Of a stretch of 64,000 nt of DNA, positions 29,645 through 40,360 are shown piece by piece. The DNA is from Bdellovibrionales bacterium. GTDB taxonomy: Bacteria > Bdellovibrionota > Bdellovibrionia > Bdellovibrionales > UBA1609. The first letter of the stretch is position 1. Each line of letters starts with the position of its first letter. A program made the translations under genes and the position numbers. Under the pieces are notes generated by a model. The model was not told the DNA's origin. It saw only the letters and a list, made by a program, of their open reading frames with translations, and made no database searches. The stretch is taken from assembly GCA_028819305.1 (NCBI GenBank), contig JAPPLY010000056.1:14800-78799 (forward strand). The letters run 5' to 3'.

Positions 29645-31555
29645 TTATTTATAACTCCGCACACTTAAAGATACTTCTTTAAACTCTAAAGGTTCTTTAT
29701 GCAAAAGAGCCTTTTTTCCTTCTGTATGCTCCCAAACGGATACATGACAAAAATGTTCATCATCTCTTAAAGCCTCCTGCTCTTGACTTTGATATTCCTC
29801 GCGAAAATGAGAACCACAAGACTCCTTCCGTTCCAAAGAATCCTGAGCCATTAGCTCGGCCAATTCTAAAAAATCAGCCACGCGTAAAGCTTTCTCTAGT
29901 TCCGCGTTTTTATAGTGCTGCTCTCCTGGAATGAAAAGCTCTTTCCAAAACTGATCTTTCAAACCTTGTATAGCTGTTATCACCTGTATTAAACCTTTTT
30001 CATTCCTTAACATACCTACATATTCCCAAAGCAAATACCCCAGTTCACGATGAATGGCTCCTGCCGTCTTACCCCCTTTTATTTGCAAAACCTTATCCAG
30101 TCGCTTTTGAACTTCTTTTACACTCTCCTCCAACGCTTTTTTTACCTTCTTCTCTTCCAAAGAAGAACGCTCGACCAAATGCCGAGCTATCGTCCTGGGA
30201 ATAATAAAGTACCCATCCGCCAAACCCTGCATAAGAGCAGAAGCCCCTAAGCGATTAGCTCCATGATCGGAAAAATTAGCTTCTCCTAAAACAAAAAGCC
30301 CTTTCACTGTGCTTTCCAGATTATAATCTACCCAAAGCCCCCCCATCGTATAATGTACAGCCGGATAGATACGCATGGGTTTTTCATAAGGGTTTTCTCC
30401 TGTTATCTTTTCATATATCTGAAATAGATTGCCATATTTTTCCGAAAGAAAATTTTTACCCCTTCTCTCTAAAGCTTCTTTGAAATCCAAATACACCGCT
30501 TCTCCTGTAGGGCCTACCCCTTTTCCCGCATCTACTTGAAATTTAGCCTGTCGAGACGCCAAATCTCTAGGAGTTAAATTACCAAAAGAGGGATAAATTC
30601 TTTCCAGATAATAATCTCTTTCCCCTTCAGGAATATTTTCCGGCACTCGTTTATCCCCGGATTTTTTAGGAACCCAAATCCGCCCATCATTTCGAAGAGA
30701 CTCAGAAAGCAAAGTTAATTTAGATTGGTGATCTCCAGAACGGGGAATACAGGTAGGGTGAATTTGGGTAAAACAAGGGTTAGCAAAAAAAGCCCCTTTT
30801 TTATAACATCGCCAAGCCGCACTAGCATTGGAGTGCATGGCATTAGTAGAAAGATAAAAAATATTGCCATAACCCCCTGTAGCTAAAATCACCGCCTGAG
30901 CAAAATGGCTTTTTATCTCCCCTGTTAACAAGTTACGAGTGACAACTCCAGCCACTTGTCCTTCTACCACTGCTAAATCCATCATTTCATGGCGAGGAAA
31001 AAGCCTCACTCCCCCTTTATCCACCTGCCTCATTAAAGCCCCATAAGCTCCTAATAGAAGCTGTTGTCCTGTTTGTCCCCGAGCATAAAAAGTACGAGAC
31101 ACTTGCGCCCCGCCAAAGGAGCGATTCGCTAAAAGCCCTCCGTACTCTCTGGCAAAAGGCACCCCCTGTGCCACACATTGATCTATGATCTGATTAGAAA
31201 TCTGAGCGAGGCGATAAACATTAGCTTCCCTGGAGCGAAAATCCCCTCCTTTGATAGTATCATAAAATAATCTCCTTATAGAATCTCCATCTCCAGGGTA
31301 ATTCTTAGCTGCATTAATACCGCCCTGAGCCGCAATAGAATGCGCCCTTCTAGGAGAATCCTGAATGCAAAAAGTTTTTACCTGATAACCTAGCTCTGCC
31401 AAAGAAGCCGAAGCCGAAGCCCCTGCCAAACCCGTTCCTACTACAATTATATGGTGTTTTCTTTTATTAGCCGGATTCACAAGAGGTAATTCAAAACAAT
31501 GACGATCCCACTTTTGTTCTAAGGGACCTGAAGGAATATGATTGAAAAACTTCAT
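29645..31555 (-). CDS. sdhA: Succinate dehydrogenase/fumarate reductase flavoprotein subunit
   Basis: FAD-binding GTGLAGASA and [12 protein letters not shown]. Start placed at ATG 31555 ([10 protein letters not shown]), 5 nt after the sdhC stop; the longer track ORF overlaps sdhC. Confidence 0.9.
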   Translation of the reverse strand: MKFFNHIPSGPLEQKWDRHCFELPLVNPANKRKHHIIVVGTGLAGASASASLAELGYQVKTFCIQDSPRRAHSIAAQGGINAAKNYPGDGDSIRRLFYDTIKGGDFRSREANVYRLAQISNQIIDQCVAQGVPFAREYGGLLANRSFGGAQVSRTFYARGQTGQQLLLGAYGALMRQVDKGGVRLFPRHEMMDLAVVEGQVAGVVTRNLLTGEIKSHFAQAVILATGGYGNIFYLSTNAMHSNASAAWRCYKKGAFFANPCFTQIHPTCIPRSGDHQSKLTLLSESLRNDGRIWVPKKSGDKRVPENIPEGERDYYLERIYPSFGNLTPRDLASRQAKFQVDAGKGVGPTGEAVYLDFKEALERRGKNFLSEKYGNLFQIYEKITGENPYEKPMRIYPAVHYTMGGLWVDYNLESTVKGLFVLGEANFSDHGANRLGASALMQGLADGYFIIPRTIARHLVERSSLEEKKVKKALEESVKEVQKRLDKVLQIKGGKTAGAIHRELGYLLWEYVGMLRNEKGLIQVITAIQGLKDQFWKELFIPGEQHYKNAELEKALRVADFLELAELMAQDSLERKESCGSHFREEYQSQEQEALRDDEHFCHVSVWEHTEGKKALLHKEPLEFKEVSLSVRSYK

Positions 31556-31560
31556 TCTCT

Positions 31561-32232
31561 TCACCCCCCTTTTTCTGTCATAAAAAAGAACACATACAAA
31601 GGCAAAGATACATATCCCATAGTAACAAATACAGCATAACCAAAACTCAATTTCTTTATCCAAAAATCAAACCGAGGATGACTTAAACCTAAAGACTGAA
31701 AAGAGGATATCAAACCATGAAATAAATGAACACAAAGAACCAACAAGGCAATGAGGTACCATAAAACAGTCACCGGTTTTTGGAACTCCTCCACCACGAG
31801 CTGAAACAAGTTCCTTATGGTCTTACCCTCATAAACCACCTCATAATAAGTTCCAAATTTAAAAGTAATAAGATGTAAAACCACAAAAACCAAAATAATT
31901 GCCCCTTGAAATATCAAACTTTTTTGATACCAGGCGGTCGCTTTCCAGCCGGAAGCCTGCCGAGCGTATTTCTCAGAGCGAGAGAAATAATTTTTTACAC
32001 TTAAAAAGAGAGCTAATATTATATGAAGTAAAAAAGCAGCCAAAAGCCCCACTTGAATAAAAAAGGCGGCTTTCCCATGCACCATCTGATGCATATATAA
32101 ATTATAGGCTTTATCCCCAGCAAAAATAAGCAAATTCCCTAGCATATGCAGTAAAACAAAAAGGGCCAGGCCCAGACCTGTTAAGCCAATTAAATATTTT
32201 TGCCCTATAGACAAGAAAAACCATTTTCTCAT
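31561..32232 (-). CDS. sdhC: Succinate:quinone oxidoreductase cytochrome b subunit (single large type-B anchor)
   Basis: 223-aa five-TM ORF with conserved His residues; C-A-B gene order as in Bacillus and Wolinella type-B enzymes. Confidence 0.75.
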   Translation of the reverse strand: MRKWFFLSIGQKYLIGLTGLGLALFVLLHMLGNLLIFAGDKAYNLYMHQMVHGKAAFFIQVGLLAAFLLHIILALFLSVKNYFSRSEKYARQASGWKATAWYQKSLIFQGAIILVFVVLHLITFKFGTYYEVVYEGKTIRNLFQLVVEEFQKPVTVLWYLIALLVLCVHLFHGLISSFQSLGLSHPRFDFWIKKLSFGYAVFVTMGYVSLPLYVFFFMTEKGG

Positions 32233-32328
32233 ATTGCCATAATCCCCCTTACCAGGATATTATACAAGAAATTTTTCATTTATACTGAATGGGTATAAAG
32301 AACAACACTAAAAAAGGACTTTCTAACA

Positions 32329-33213
32329 TTGAACATTTTGGTTTGTATAAAACAGGTGCCGGATACCGGAACCCGTATTCAACTTTTAAAAGAGGGAAAA
32401 GGGATTGACGAATCAGGAATAGAATGGATCATCAACCCTTATGATGAATTTGCTTTAGAAGAAGCCTTAAGAATCAAAGAAAGAATACCCAATACAAGGG
32501 TTCAGGTTTTAAGCCTAGGCCCCCCTCGAGTAGAAAAAGCCCTTCGTACAGCCTTGGCTATGGGAGCAGACAAAGCTGTTTTAATCGAAACACCAGTGAG
32601 TCCCTCCTCGTCAGAAGAAAAACCTTCCTTATTAAACAAAAACCCCGCCCTTGTAGCGCAAGCTTTAGCTCAAATCATATCATCACAAAAAGACTTTACC
32701 TCGCCAGAAGGTTTAAAAAAAGCCTCCTTTGAAGAAAAAAAGAATCCTCCCGCTGAAAAGATAAAGTGGGACCTCATTTTGACTGGCAAAGTAGGTATAG
32801 ATGAAAGTCATTTCGCTACAGGCCCCATGTTAGCCGAAAAATTAAATATTCCCCATGTGGGTTTTGTAACAAAACTCCAAGAGAAAATTAAAAATATTTG
32901 GTTATGTGAGCGACAAGGGGAAGAAGGAATAATAGAAGAAATTACATTGCATCTTCCCGCTCTAATCACAGTAGAAAAAGGCCTTAACGAACCCCGTTAT
33001 CCTTCTTTACCAGGAATTATGAAAGCCAAAAAGAAAGAGTTAAAAAAAATAAAGCTTTCTACTTTAGACATTCACTATGATAAGCAAATGATAACTTTTC
33101 ATTCTTACCAACTACCAAAAGAATCACCCCCTCCTCGGTTCATTTCCGGTTCCGCTGAGGAACAAGCAAAAAAATTAATTCACATACTAAAAGAAAAAGA
33201 AAAATTAATCTAG
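32329..33213 (+). CDS. etfB: Electron transfer flavoprotein beta subunit
   Basis: TTG start; N-terminus NILVCIKQVPDT typical of EtfB. Confidence 0.88.
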   Translation: MNILVCIKQVPDTGTRIQLLKEGKGIDESGIEWIINPYDEFALEEALRIKERIPNTRVQVLSLGPPRVEKALRTALAMGADKAVLIETPVSPSSSEEKPSLLNKNPALVAQALAQIISSQKDFTSPEGLKKASFEEKKNPPAEKIKWDLILTGKVGIDESHFATGPMLAEKLNIPHVGFVTKLQEKIKNIWLCERQGEEGIIEEITLHLPALITVEKGLNEPRYPSLPGIMKAKKKELKKIKLSTLDIHYDKQMITFHSYQLPKESPPPRFISGSAEEQAKKLIHILKEKEKLI

Positions 33214-33251
33214 ATTTATAAAAAACACAAACCTCTTTAAAAAGGAAACTT

Positions 33252-34235
33252 ATGTCTCAGGTAAAAGCCCTTATTTCCGTTGACTTTCTAAACCAACAAG
33301 CCAAAAGCTCTAGTCTGGATTTACTCTCCTTCGCTCTTCATCAAAACTGGCAAGTTTGCGCTTTATGCCTAGGAGCCAACAAAGAAGCTATAGAAACAGT
33401 AAAAAAACAAGGAGCGCAGGAAATTTTTTTCCATCCAGATAAGGCTTCCAACCCCCAAAATCTAACTCCTTTTGTATCCGGCTTTATAAAAGAGCAAAAA
33501 CCAAATGTCATTTTAGCTTCTTCCTCCTCAAAAAACCTAGAACTCTTCCCCAGAGTCGCTTTTCGCTTAAAGCTGCCCTTTCTCTCTGACTGTCTCGACC
33601 TTCAATGGCAAAAAGATTCTTGGATAATTGAAAAAAGTTTTTATGCGGGAAAATGCCAAGCCCGATCCCACTTAAATGTGTTACCTGATACCCCTCCTGT
33701 TGTTTTAATACGCCCCCATCAAGTCGGACAACAAGAAGCCTTTACAAACAGTAAAGATAGTTCTGTAACGGAGCTGACATGGAACATTCCAGAAAGTACT
33801 AATTATAAGCTAGTCCGAACAAAAAAAACGCAAAAAAGTAAGCGACCAGAGCTAACAGAAGCTCAGATCATCATCTCAGGGGGAAGAGGAATGCAAAGCC
33901 CTGAAAATTTTAAATTACTGGAAGACTTGGCTAACTGTTTAGGACCTGAGGTTTCTGTAGGAGCTTCCCGCGCCGTCACGGACGCTGGCTGGGTGCCCCA
34001 CTCTATGCAAGTAGGACAAACAGGAAAAACAGTTAGTCCTCAACTTTACATTGCCTGCGGTATTTCAGGTGCTATTCAGCATCTAGCTGGAATGAACCGT
34101 TCTCGAATTATTGTTGCTATCAATAATGATCCCTCCGCTCCTCTGTTCCAAAAGAGCCACTACGGACTAGTAGGAGATCTCTTTAAAATCATCCCCTGCC
34201 TCATAAAAGAATTAAAACAACAAAATAAGAATTAA
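33252..34235 (+). CDS. etfA: Electron transfer flavoprotein alpha subunit
   Basis: C-terminal FAD-binding motif PQLYIACGISGAIQHLAGM. Confidence 0.88.
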   Translation: MSQVKALISVDFLNQQAKSSSLDLLSFALHQNWQVCALCLGANKEAIETVKKQGAQEIFFHPDKASNPQNLTPFVSGFIKEQKPNVILASSSSKNLELFPRVAFRLKLPFLSDCLDLQWQKDSWIIEKSFYAGKCQARSHLNVLPDTPPVVLIRPHQVGQQEAFTNSKDSSVTELTWNIPESTNYKLVRTKKTQKSKRPELTEAQIIISGGRGMQSPENFKLLEDLANCLGPEVSVGASRAVTDAGWVPHSMQVGQTGKTVSPQLYIACGISGAIQHLAGMNRSRIIVAINNDPSAPLFQKSHYGLVGDLFKIIPCLIKELKQQNKN

Positions 34236-34369
34236 GCCTTCTTTCTTAAGTGCTTTGTCTCTTAATCTCCCCTTCTCTCCCATAAAAGACAACAAAAACC
34301 AGGACAAAAGTCTCATTTCCTTGATCCAAAATCAAAACTCAGTATATACTAAAGCTCAGGTTTTTATTT

Positions 34370-35242
34370 ATGTTTACATATATCCTTCTTCTTTTTAGTT
34401 TTTTAATAGCTTTCCCCTCTCAAGCGGAAGTTTTAGCCACTATATCTTACACAGGAAAAAAAGGGCCTGTTAAAATCCAAATCACCCATAAAGAATTTAG
34501 AAAAACTTACAACACTGTAAGGCAAGTAGCTCCTAATGCTCCTTCTATTCAGCAATTCTTTCAGGAATATTTACGTTATCGCATAGGGGTGGAAGCGGCC
34601 TACAATGACCCCCGGTTTATTAAAAACCCGGCCTTAAGAAACATGTTCGCCGACCCTTTACTTAAAGAGGGTTTTGAGCAATTATTATACAAAAGCTTTG
34701 CCGATAAAAAATTAAAGAAAAGAATAGCTCAACTAGATAAAACAGCTAAAAAATTATCTAAAAATGTAATGCTTAAATTTTATAGAAAAAACCCTGAATA
34801 TGATATGCACTTTATCGTTATCAGTTTACCGGCTGACCCCAAGCCTTTCCAAGTTAAAGCGGCTCAAGAAAGGGCTATAAAAGTCTATAATGAAGTAAAG
34901 AACAGTAAAAAACCTTTCCCAGAGTTAGTGGACATTTATTCAGATGATCGCTTAAGTGGCCGTATTAATATGCCTCGTTCTGCTAATACTATTTATCCTA
35001 CTATTTATAAACAGTTAAAAAAAATGAGAGCAGAGCAAGTCTCCCACCCTATCCGGGCCGGTAATGGCTTCTATATAGTGAAATTAAATCGCAAAATTCC
35101 TTTTGGAGAAGCTAACCGCACCCAAATTAAAGCGGCTTACTTTGATCAAAAACGCAGTCGAATTTTAGCTCGATATTTTGATAGCTTAAAATCAAAATAT
35201 AAAGTACAAATAAATAAAGCCTCCTTAAATAAACTTCGTTAA
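34370..35242 (+). CDS. Secreted parvulin/SurA-like peptidyl-prolyl isomerase
   Basis: Signal peptide (FPSQAEV), PpiC-like C-terminal part (SHPIRAGNGFYIVKL). Confidence 0.6.
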   Translation: MFTYILLLFSFLIAFPSQAEVLATISYTGKKGPVKIQITHKEFRKTYNTVRQVAPNAPSIQQFFQEYLRYRIGVEAAYNDPRFIKNPALRNMFADPLLKEGFEQLLYKSFADKKLKKRIAQLDKTAKKLSKNVMLKFYRKNPEYDMHFIVISLPADPKPFQVKAAQERAIKVYNEVKNSKKPFPELVDIYSDDRLSGRINMPRSANTIYPTIYKQLKKMRAEQVSHPIRAGNGFYIVKLNRKIPFGEANRTQIKAAYFDQKRSRILARYFDSLKSKYKVQINKASLNKLR

Positions 35243-36176
35243 TGAAAACTCTTTTTCTTCCCACTCTTATTTTAAGTTTGTGGGTATTTAGTGGCTGCTC
35301 TTTTTTTAATAAAAATCCGGTCGTTTTACAAATCAACTCAGACAAATTAACGAGTCGTCAGTTTGCAAAACGTTTAGCTCAAAAAATACACTCTTTAAAC
35401 ATTCAAGAGGTCAAAAACCAAGAACTGATAGAAAACCTTAAAAGACAGCTTGTTACAGACTTAATTATGGAAACTCTCATTAAGCAATGGGCCAAATCCC
35501 ATTCGATTTCTATATCCAAAAAAGAGCTTCATCAAGAATTACAAAAAATAAAAAGCAAATATCCTGATAAAGAAGCATTCGAATGGTATTTAAAAAGAAA
35601 AAAAACAAAAGTAGAGGAATGGACAGAACATATAAAAAATAACTTGCTTAGCCAAAAAGTTATGCAAAAAATGGGTTCTAAAACCCCCCCCCCTCTTTAA
35701 AAGAAGTAAAAGAATATTACCAAAATCACCTCCCCCTTTTTACACAAAAACCCCGTGTTCTGATTTATCACATTTTTCACAAACAAAAAGAAGTGCTTAT
35801 TAAAATAGAAGAAAGTTTAAAACAAGAAAAGAATTTAGTAAAAATAGCTAAAAAATTCATCAAAGACCCTCAAATGCTCAAACCCCAATGGGTGGAAAAA
35901 GGAGTTTTAGAAATATTTGACCAAGCTCTTTATCTAAAAAAAAAGGAGATCAGTCCTATCTGGTCCAGCCCCTACGCTCACCACATTATTCAAGTCTTAG
36001 ATAAAAAACCGAAGCAACAAATACCTTTTGAAAAAGTGAAACAGTCTATTAGCGGGACATTGCTGAAACAAAGGCAAAAAGCTCTCTTTATAAAATGGCT
36101 AGATGAACAAAGCAAAAAAGGGGTTATATTAAAAAATGAAGCCGCTTTAGAAAAAATAAAAGTGGATTTACTGTAG
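35242..36176 (+). pseudogene. PpiC/PrsA-like lipoprotein gene split by a frameshift at a C10 tract
   Basis: ORF 35242-35700 (lipobox VFSGC) and ORF 35793-36176 are one gene. The second frame is already open from 35682 and reads SLKEVKEYYQNH...; the frames meet inside C10 at 35684-35693, and C11 or C8 would restore a ~311-aa protein. Confidence 0.7.
35684..35693 (+). repeat. Homopolymeric C10 tract
   Basis: Counted directly in the sequence; it is the site of the frame change. Confidence 0.95.
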
Positions 36177-36268
36177 ATTTCCACAGATACCTCTTTTTCT
36201 TTTCCTCCCGGAGTATTTTACTTGACGGCGACAGAGAAAGTAGATTGAAAAATAAGCTATTTCAGATA

Positions 36269-36300
36269 GGAAAAAGGCGGGCCTTTTCCCATTTTTACTT
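36269..36300 (+). terminator. Possible intrinsic terminator after the PpiC-like gene
   Basis: GGAAAAAGG-CGGG-CCTTTTCC stem-loop followed by a T-rich run (CATTTTTACTTTTTT). Confidence 0.4.
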
Positions 36301-36441
36301 TTTTCCCATTTGCTTTTTTCTTTTTTTAAGTTTAAATAAATACGAGGATTTCTGATCCATTCGATATAAAATCGAAATTTATTTTTTATTAACTATATAA
36401 GTATGGAAAACCAAATTATAACTTTATTTTAAACAGTCATT

Positions 36442-37368
36442 ATGAAATATTTATCTCTTTTTTTATTCTCTTTTTGTTACCTTACATCTGCTCAAACCAT
36501 TGAAAAAACCCTGGCTATTGTAGAAACAGAAATGATAAGTCTTATGGATTTAAAAGAAGCAAAAAAAAGATTAAACAGAGGCTTTTTTGAAGATTCCCTC
36601 TTGCTCACTTTATTTGAACCATCTCAACTAAAAAAAACAGAGGCGGCTTTTCTAAACTTTCTTATTTATGAAAAAGTTTTAGATCTTCTTGTAGAACAAG
36701 CTGAGTTAAAAATAGCAGACGCTCACTTAAAGCAAGAAATAAACAACAGAAGAAAAAAAAGAGGTTTATCGAAAAAAGCTTTTAGCCGATACTTAGTTAA
36801 AAACCACTTTACTTCTTCCTCTTATAAAGAGTTCCTAAAAAAAGACCTCTTAAGAAGACTCTTTGTTCAAAGAGAAATCGCAGAAAAAATAAGGTTTTCC
36901 GATCAAGACTTAAACGAATACGCCCGCCAAACACAAGGAACAGCTCTTTTTACCTCATTTGAATATGAACTCACCTACCTGTTTTTTCCAAAAACAAATA
37001 GAGGAAAAACACGCTCAAAGGACATTTCTCATCTTATTTTAAAAGAAGCTTCTTTTTTTGATAAATGGGAACCAAAAGAAAAAGGAGAAAAAAAGAAAGT
37101 TTTAAAAAAAATAAAGTTATCTAGCCTGCATCCTACTATTAAAAGGGCTATAAAAAACCTTTCTACGGGACAAGTGTCTCCTGTACTTTCCCTTCCCTCC
37201 GGGTATCATATCTTCAAAGTTGTCTGGAAAACCCCTGTTATTACTGATAAAAACAAAAAACGGAAAGAGAAATTATTTGTACTCTTATTTGAAGCTCTGT
37301 TTAAAAAAAGGTTTAAGCTTTGGCTTGAAGAAAAAAAGAACAAAACCTTTATTCAAATCAACTCATGA
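36442..37368 (+). CDS. surA: SurA-like periplasmic chaperone/PPIase
   Basis: Signal peptide, SurA-N-like start (LAIVETEMISLMDL), parvulin-like C-terminus (GQVSPVLSLPSGYHIFKV); conserved surA-pdxA linkage. Confidence 0.7.
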   Translation: MKYLSLFLFSFCYLTSAQTIEKTLAIVETEMISLMDLKEAKKRLNRGFFEDSLLLTLFEPSQLKKTEAAFLNFLIYEKVLDLLVEQAELKIADAHLKQEINNRRKKRGLSKKAFSRYLVKNHFTSSSYKEFLKKDLLRRLFVQREIAEKIRFSDQDLNEYARQTQGTALFTSFEYELTYLFFPKTNRGKTRSKDISHLILKEASFFDKWEPKEKGEKKKVLKKIKLSSLHPTIKRAIKNLSTGQVSPVLSLPSGYHIFKVVWKTPVITDKNKKRKEKLFVLLFEALFKKRFKLWLEEKKNKTFIQINS

Positions 37369-38312
37369 AAACAATTCATATTACAACAGGGGACCCTGAT
37401 GGAGTGGGATTGGAGGTAAGCCTCAAAGCCCTAAAAAAAATAGGACCCCAAAGAGGCATACAGTTTACCTTATGGAGATCAAACCAAGCTCCTAGAGAAC
37501 TGTTAAGTTTAACGGATGGCCTCTTTTTCCGTATAAATCCCTTAAAACAAAAAAACTTAGAAAAGTATAAAAAAGAAAATATTTTTCTAGATATACCTGG
37601 TTCTTCTACACCCACAAAGTGGGTAGCCAGGGCTGCCCAAAGTTGTCTTAAAAATAAAAATACGGAAGCTCTGGTAACAGGTCCTCTTTCTAAAACACAA
37701 ATGCAAAAAGAACTTTTTCCAGAAAAAGGTCATACACATTTATTAAAAAAATTAAGTGAAACAGAGCATGTATTTATGACTTTCCTAGGAAAGTGCTTCC
37801 ATGTCACTCTTCTAACAGACCATGAACCTCTAAAAAAAATAAACTGGACTAAAAACAGTTTAAATAAATGTATTGCGCTTTGTCTTCAACTTCAGCAATC
37901 TTGTTCTCTTAAAGCCAAAAATAAGAAAATAGCTCTTCTGGGCCTCAATCCCCATGCCGGTGAAGAAGGTTTATTAGGAAAAGAGGAGTTTTCCTTAAAA
38001 AAAGAAATCCAAAAATGGAATAACCAAGTAGAAGGTCCTTTGGTGCCAGATGTCGCTTTCTTAAAAAAAAATCAAAAGAAATATTTTCTTTATATTTGCT
38101 TGTACCACGATCAAGGTTTAATTCCTTTTAAAATGATACATGAAAGAGACAGCTTCCAGTTCAGTTTAGGTTTACCTTTCATTAGAACCAGTGTCAGTCA
38201 TGGCACGGCTAAAGATATTTTTGGAAAAAACAAAGCAAACTCTCAATCTATGGAAAAAGCTCTACTTTGGACTATCCGTTCTCTACGAAAAAACAAAACC
38301 CTTTGGGTTTAG
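37365..38312 (+). CDS. pdxA: 4-hydroxythreonine-4-phosphate dehydrogenase
   Basis: ITTGDPDGVG N-terminus, LNPHAGE, RTSVSHGTA motifs; ATGA overlap with surA. Confidence 0.88.
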   Translation: MKTIHITTGDPDGVGLEVSLKALKKIGPQRGIQFTLWRSNQAPRELLSLTDGLFFRINPLKQKNLEKYKKENIFLDIPGSSTPTKWVARAAQSCLKNKNTEALVTGPLSKTQMQKELFPEKGHTHLLKKLSETEHVFMTFLGKCFHVTLLTDHEPLKKINWTKNSLNKCIALCLQLQQSCSLKAKNKKIALLGLNPHAGEEGLLGKEEFSLKKEIQKWNNQVEGPLVPDVAFLKKNQKKYFLYICLYHDQGLIPFKMIHERDSFQFSLGLPFIRTSVSHGTAKDIFGKNKANSQSMEKALLWTIRSLRKNKTLWV

Positions 38313-38319
38313 TATGAGA

Positions 38320-38371
38320 TAAGTAGAACCATAGAATTTACCGGAGTTTACCAAACAAAACCCTTTGGGTT
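38320..38371 (+). repeat. 52-bp repeat, left copy (pdxA-pmm spacer)
   Basis: Exact reverse complement of 40309-40360, checked base by base; imperfect extension back to ~38301; its 3' 19 nt (38353-38371) repeat 38291-38309 exactly. Confidence 0.95.
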
Positions 38372-38400
38372 AAAGGGCCTATAAAAGCGAGAAAAAGTAT

Positions 38401-39915
38401 ATGATAAAATGGAATGAAAAAATTTTTAGAAAAAATGATATTAGAGGAATATACAAAAAAGACTTTGATCTAGGCTTTGTAAAAGTGTTGGCTTTTTCAC
38501 TTATAGAGCTTTATGTTCAGGGTCAGAAAAAAAGAAAATTCTCTCCACCTGCCCCCGTTATCGCTGTGGGCTATGACTGCCGCCTAAGCAGTCCTGAAAT
38601 CACTCAACATCTAATTGATTCCCTCATTTTAGCAGGATCAGAAGTACGTTTTTTAGGGATGGCGCCCTCTCCTGTTTGCTTGTTTGCTTCTTACTATTTT
38701 AAAGACATAAAAGCGTCTATTATGGTCACAGCCAGTCACAACCCCCCTTCTTTTAATGGATTCAAAATAGTTTTAAATAAAGAAAGTGTTTGTGATAAAA
38801 AAATTTTAAAACTAAAAAAAATAATGCAGGCACTTGCCTCTTTACCAACTATACCGAACCAATATAAAAAAAGGGGGGAAGTTATTCCGTTTGATATAAA
38901 GCCAGCTTATATCTCTTTTTATCAGAAAAAAAGCTCCCTTTTTACAAAAACTCTCCTCGCCCCCCCCGCATCCCTACCTATAAAAAGCATAGCTATTGAT
39001 TGCGGAAATGGAGCCAGCGGCCCTATAGCTCAAAAAGTATTTAATACTCTTAAACTCCCTATAAAAATTCATTGGCTTTACACGAAGCCCGATGGACGAT
39101 TCCCTCATCATCACCCCGATCCCTCTTTAGAAGAAAACCTAAAAGACCTACAAAAAACAATAAAAGAAAAAAACTGCGAGTTCGGAGCCGCTCTGGACGG
39201 AGATGGGGATCGCTTAGTCATCATAGAAAACAAAGGAAATATTTTACATGGAGACGAACTTATGTCTATTTTTATCTCCGATATCTTATACCGAACTGAT
39301 ACAGATGCACAAACAAAGACAGGGATTTTAAAAAAACCTGTTTCCATTGTGGCAGATGTAAAATGCGCGGATTGGTTTTTTTATTTTCTTAGAAAAAAAA
39401 ATATTCGAAGTATCATGTGGAAATCAGGACATAGTCTTATACGACAAAAAACAATAAAAGAAAAAGCTCTCTTCGGAGGAGAGCTAAGTGGTCATTTTTT
39501 CTTCCTAGATGATTTCTTTCCTATAGATGACGGCCTCTATAGTCTTCTGCGATTAATACACATTTGTTTATCCCGAAAAAAATCTCTAAACGAACTCATG
39601 ATAAAAACAAACAGCACGGAAACAAAGGAGATCCGCTTACCAATAGAAAATAGGTCTTTAGCTCAAAAACACATTGAAAGCTTAAAAAAATATTACAACC
39701 AACCGGAAAAAAAATCCAAGGGAGTATTTTCTTTTATTGATGGAGTTCGAGTCAGCTTTTCAGATCAAGCTTGGGGTTTAGCCCGCCTGTCTAATACCCA
39801 AAATGAATGGACTTTACGCTTTGGAGGAAAAAACAAAGTAACTTTACAAAAAATACAAAATGATTTTTACCGCTTACTTCATATTTTCCCCTGCCAAGAA
39901 AAGGTAAAAAATTAG
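38401..39915 (+). CDS. Phosphomannomutase/phosphoglucomutase
   Basis: Active-site loop TASHNPPSFNGFK and metal site DGDGDR. Confidence 0.88.
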   Translation: MIKWNEKIFRKNDIRGIYKKDFDLGFVKVLAFSLIELYVQGQKKRKFSPPAPVIAVGYDCRLSSPEITQHLIDSLILAGSEVRFLGMAPSPVCLFASYYFKDIKASIMVTASHNPPSFNGFKIVLNKESVCDKKILKLKKIMQALASLPTIPNQYKKRGEVIPFDIKPAYISFYQKKSSLFTKTLLAPPASLPIKSIAIDCGNGASGPIAQKVFNTLKLPIKIHWLYTKPDGRFPHHHPDPSLEENLKDLQKTIKEKNCEFGAALDGDGDRLVIIENKGNILHGDELMSIFISDILYRTDTDAQTKTGILKKPVSIVADVKCADWFFYFLRKKNIRSIMWKSGHSLIRQKTIKEKALFGGELSGHFFFLDDFFPIDDGLYSLLRLIHICLSRKKSLNELMIKTNSTETKEIRLPIENRSLAQKHIESLKKYYNQPEKKSKGVFSFIDGVRVSFSDQAWGLARLSNTQNEWTLRFGGKNKVTLQKIQNDFYRLLHIFPCQEKVKN

Positions 39916-40247
39916 ATTTTTCCAGCAATAATCATAGCAACAGCAAATGAGAAAATAACAAAAGACTCAATTAAAGCTAATACTATAATCATGGGAATAA
40001 ACATAATTTTTTGGGATTGAGGGTTACGGGCAATCCCCTCCATGGCTGCCGCTCCAACTCGTCCTTGCCCTAAAGCCCCACCAAAAGCAGCTACAGCAAT
40101 AGCCAAGCCGGCGGCTAAAGCATAAAGTCCTCTATTTTCTCCACTTGTTGTTGTTACCTGGGCCATTTCTTCTGCATAAACCCACCAAGGGGAAGTTAAA
40201 ATAACTCCTATGGCTGTTAAGTAAATTCCGTGAAAAAGTTTTTTCAT
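39912..40247 (-). CDS. atpE: F-type ATP synthase subunit c with N-terminal hydrophobic extension
   Basis: C-terminal ~80 aa is a c-subunit hairpin (GGALGQGR...ARNPQ loop...LIESF carboxylate helix); its stop codon overlaps the pmm stop (TTAG). Confidence 0.85.
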   Translation of the reverse strand: MKKLFHGIYLTAIGVILTSPWWVYAEEMAQVTTTSGENRGLYALAAGLAIAVAAFGGALGQGRVGAAAMEGIARNPQSQKIMFIPMIIVLALIESFVIFSFAVAMIIAGKI

Positions 40248-40308
40248 TCTTTCGTCCTCCTCTGCATATTATCTATTTCTATTGCCACAAATAACATATA
40301 AGCTCCCA

Positions 40309-40360
40309 AACCCAAAGGGTTTTGTTTGGTAAACTCCGGTAAATTCTATGGTTCTACTTA
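40309..40360 (-). repeat. 52-bp repeat, right copy (atpB-atpE spacer)
   Basis: Exact reverse complement of 38320-38371; imperfect extension to ~40379. Confidence 0.95.
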
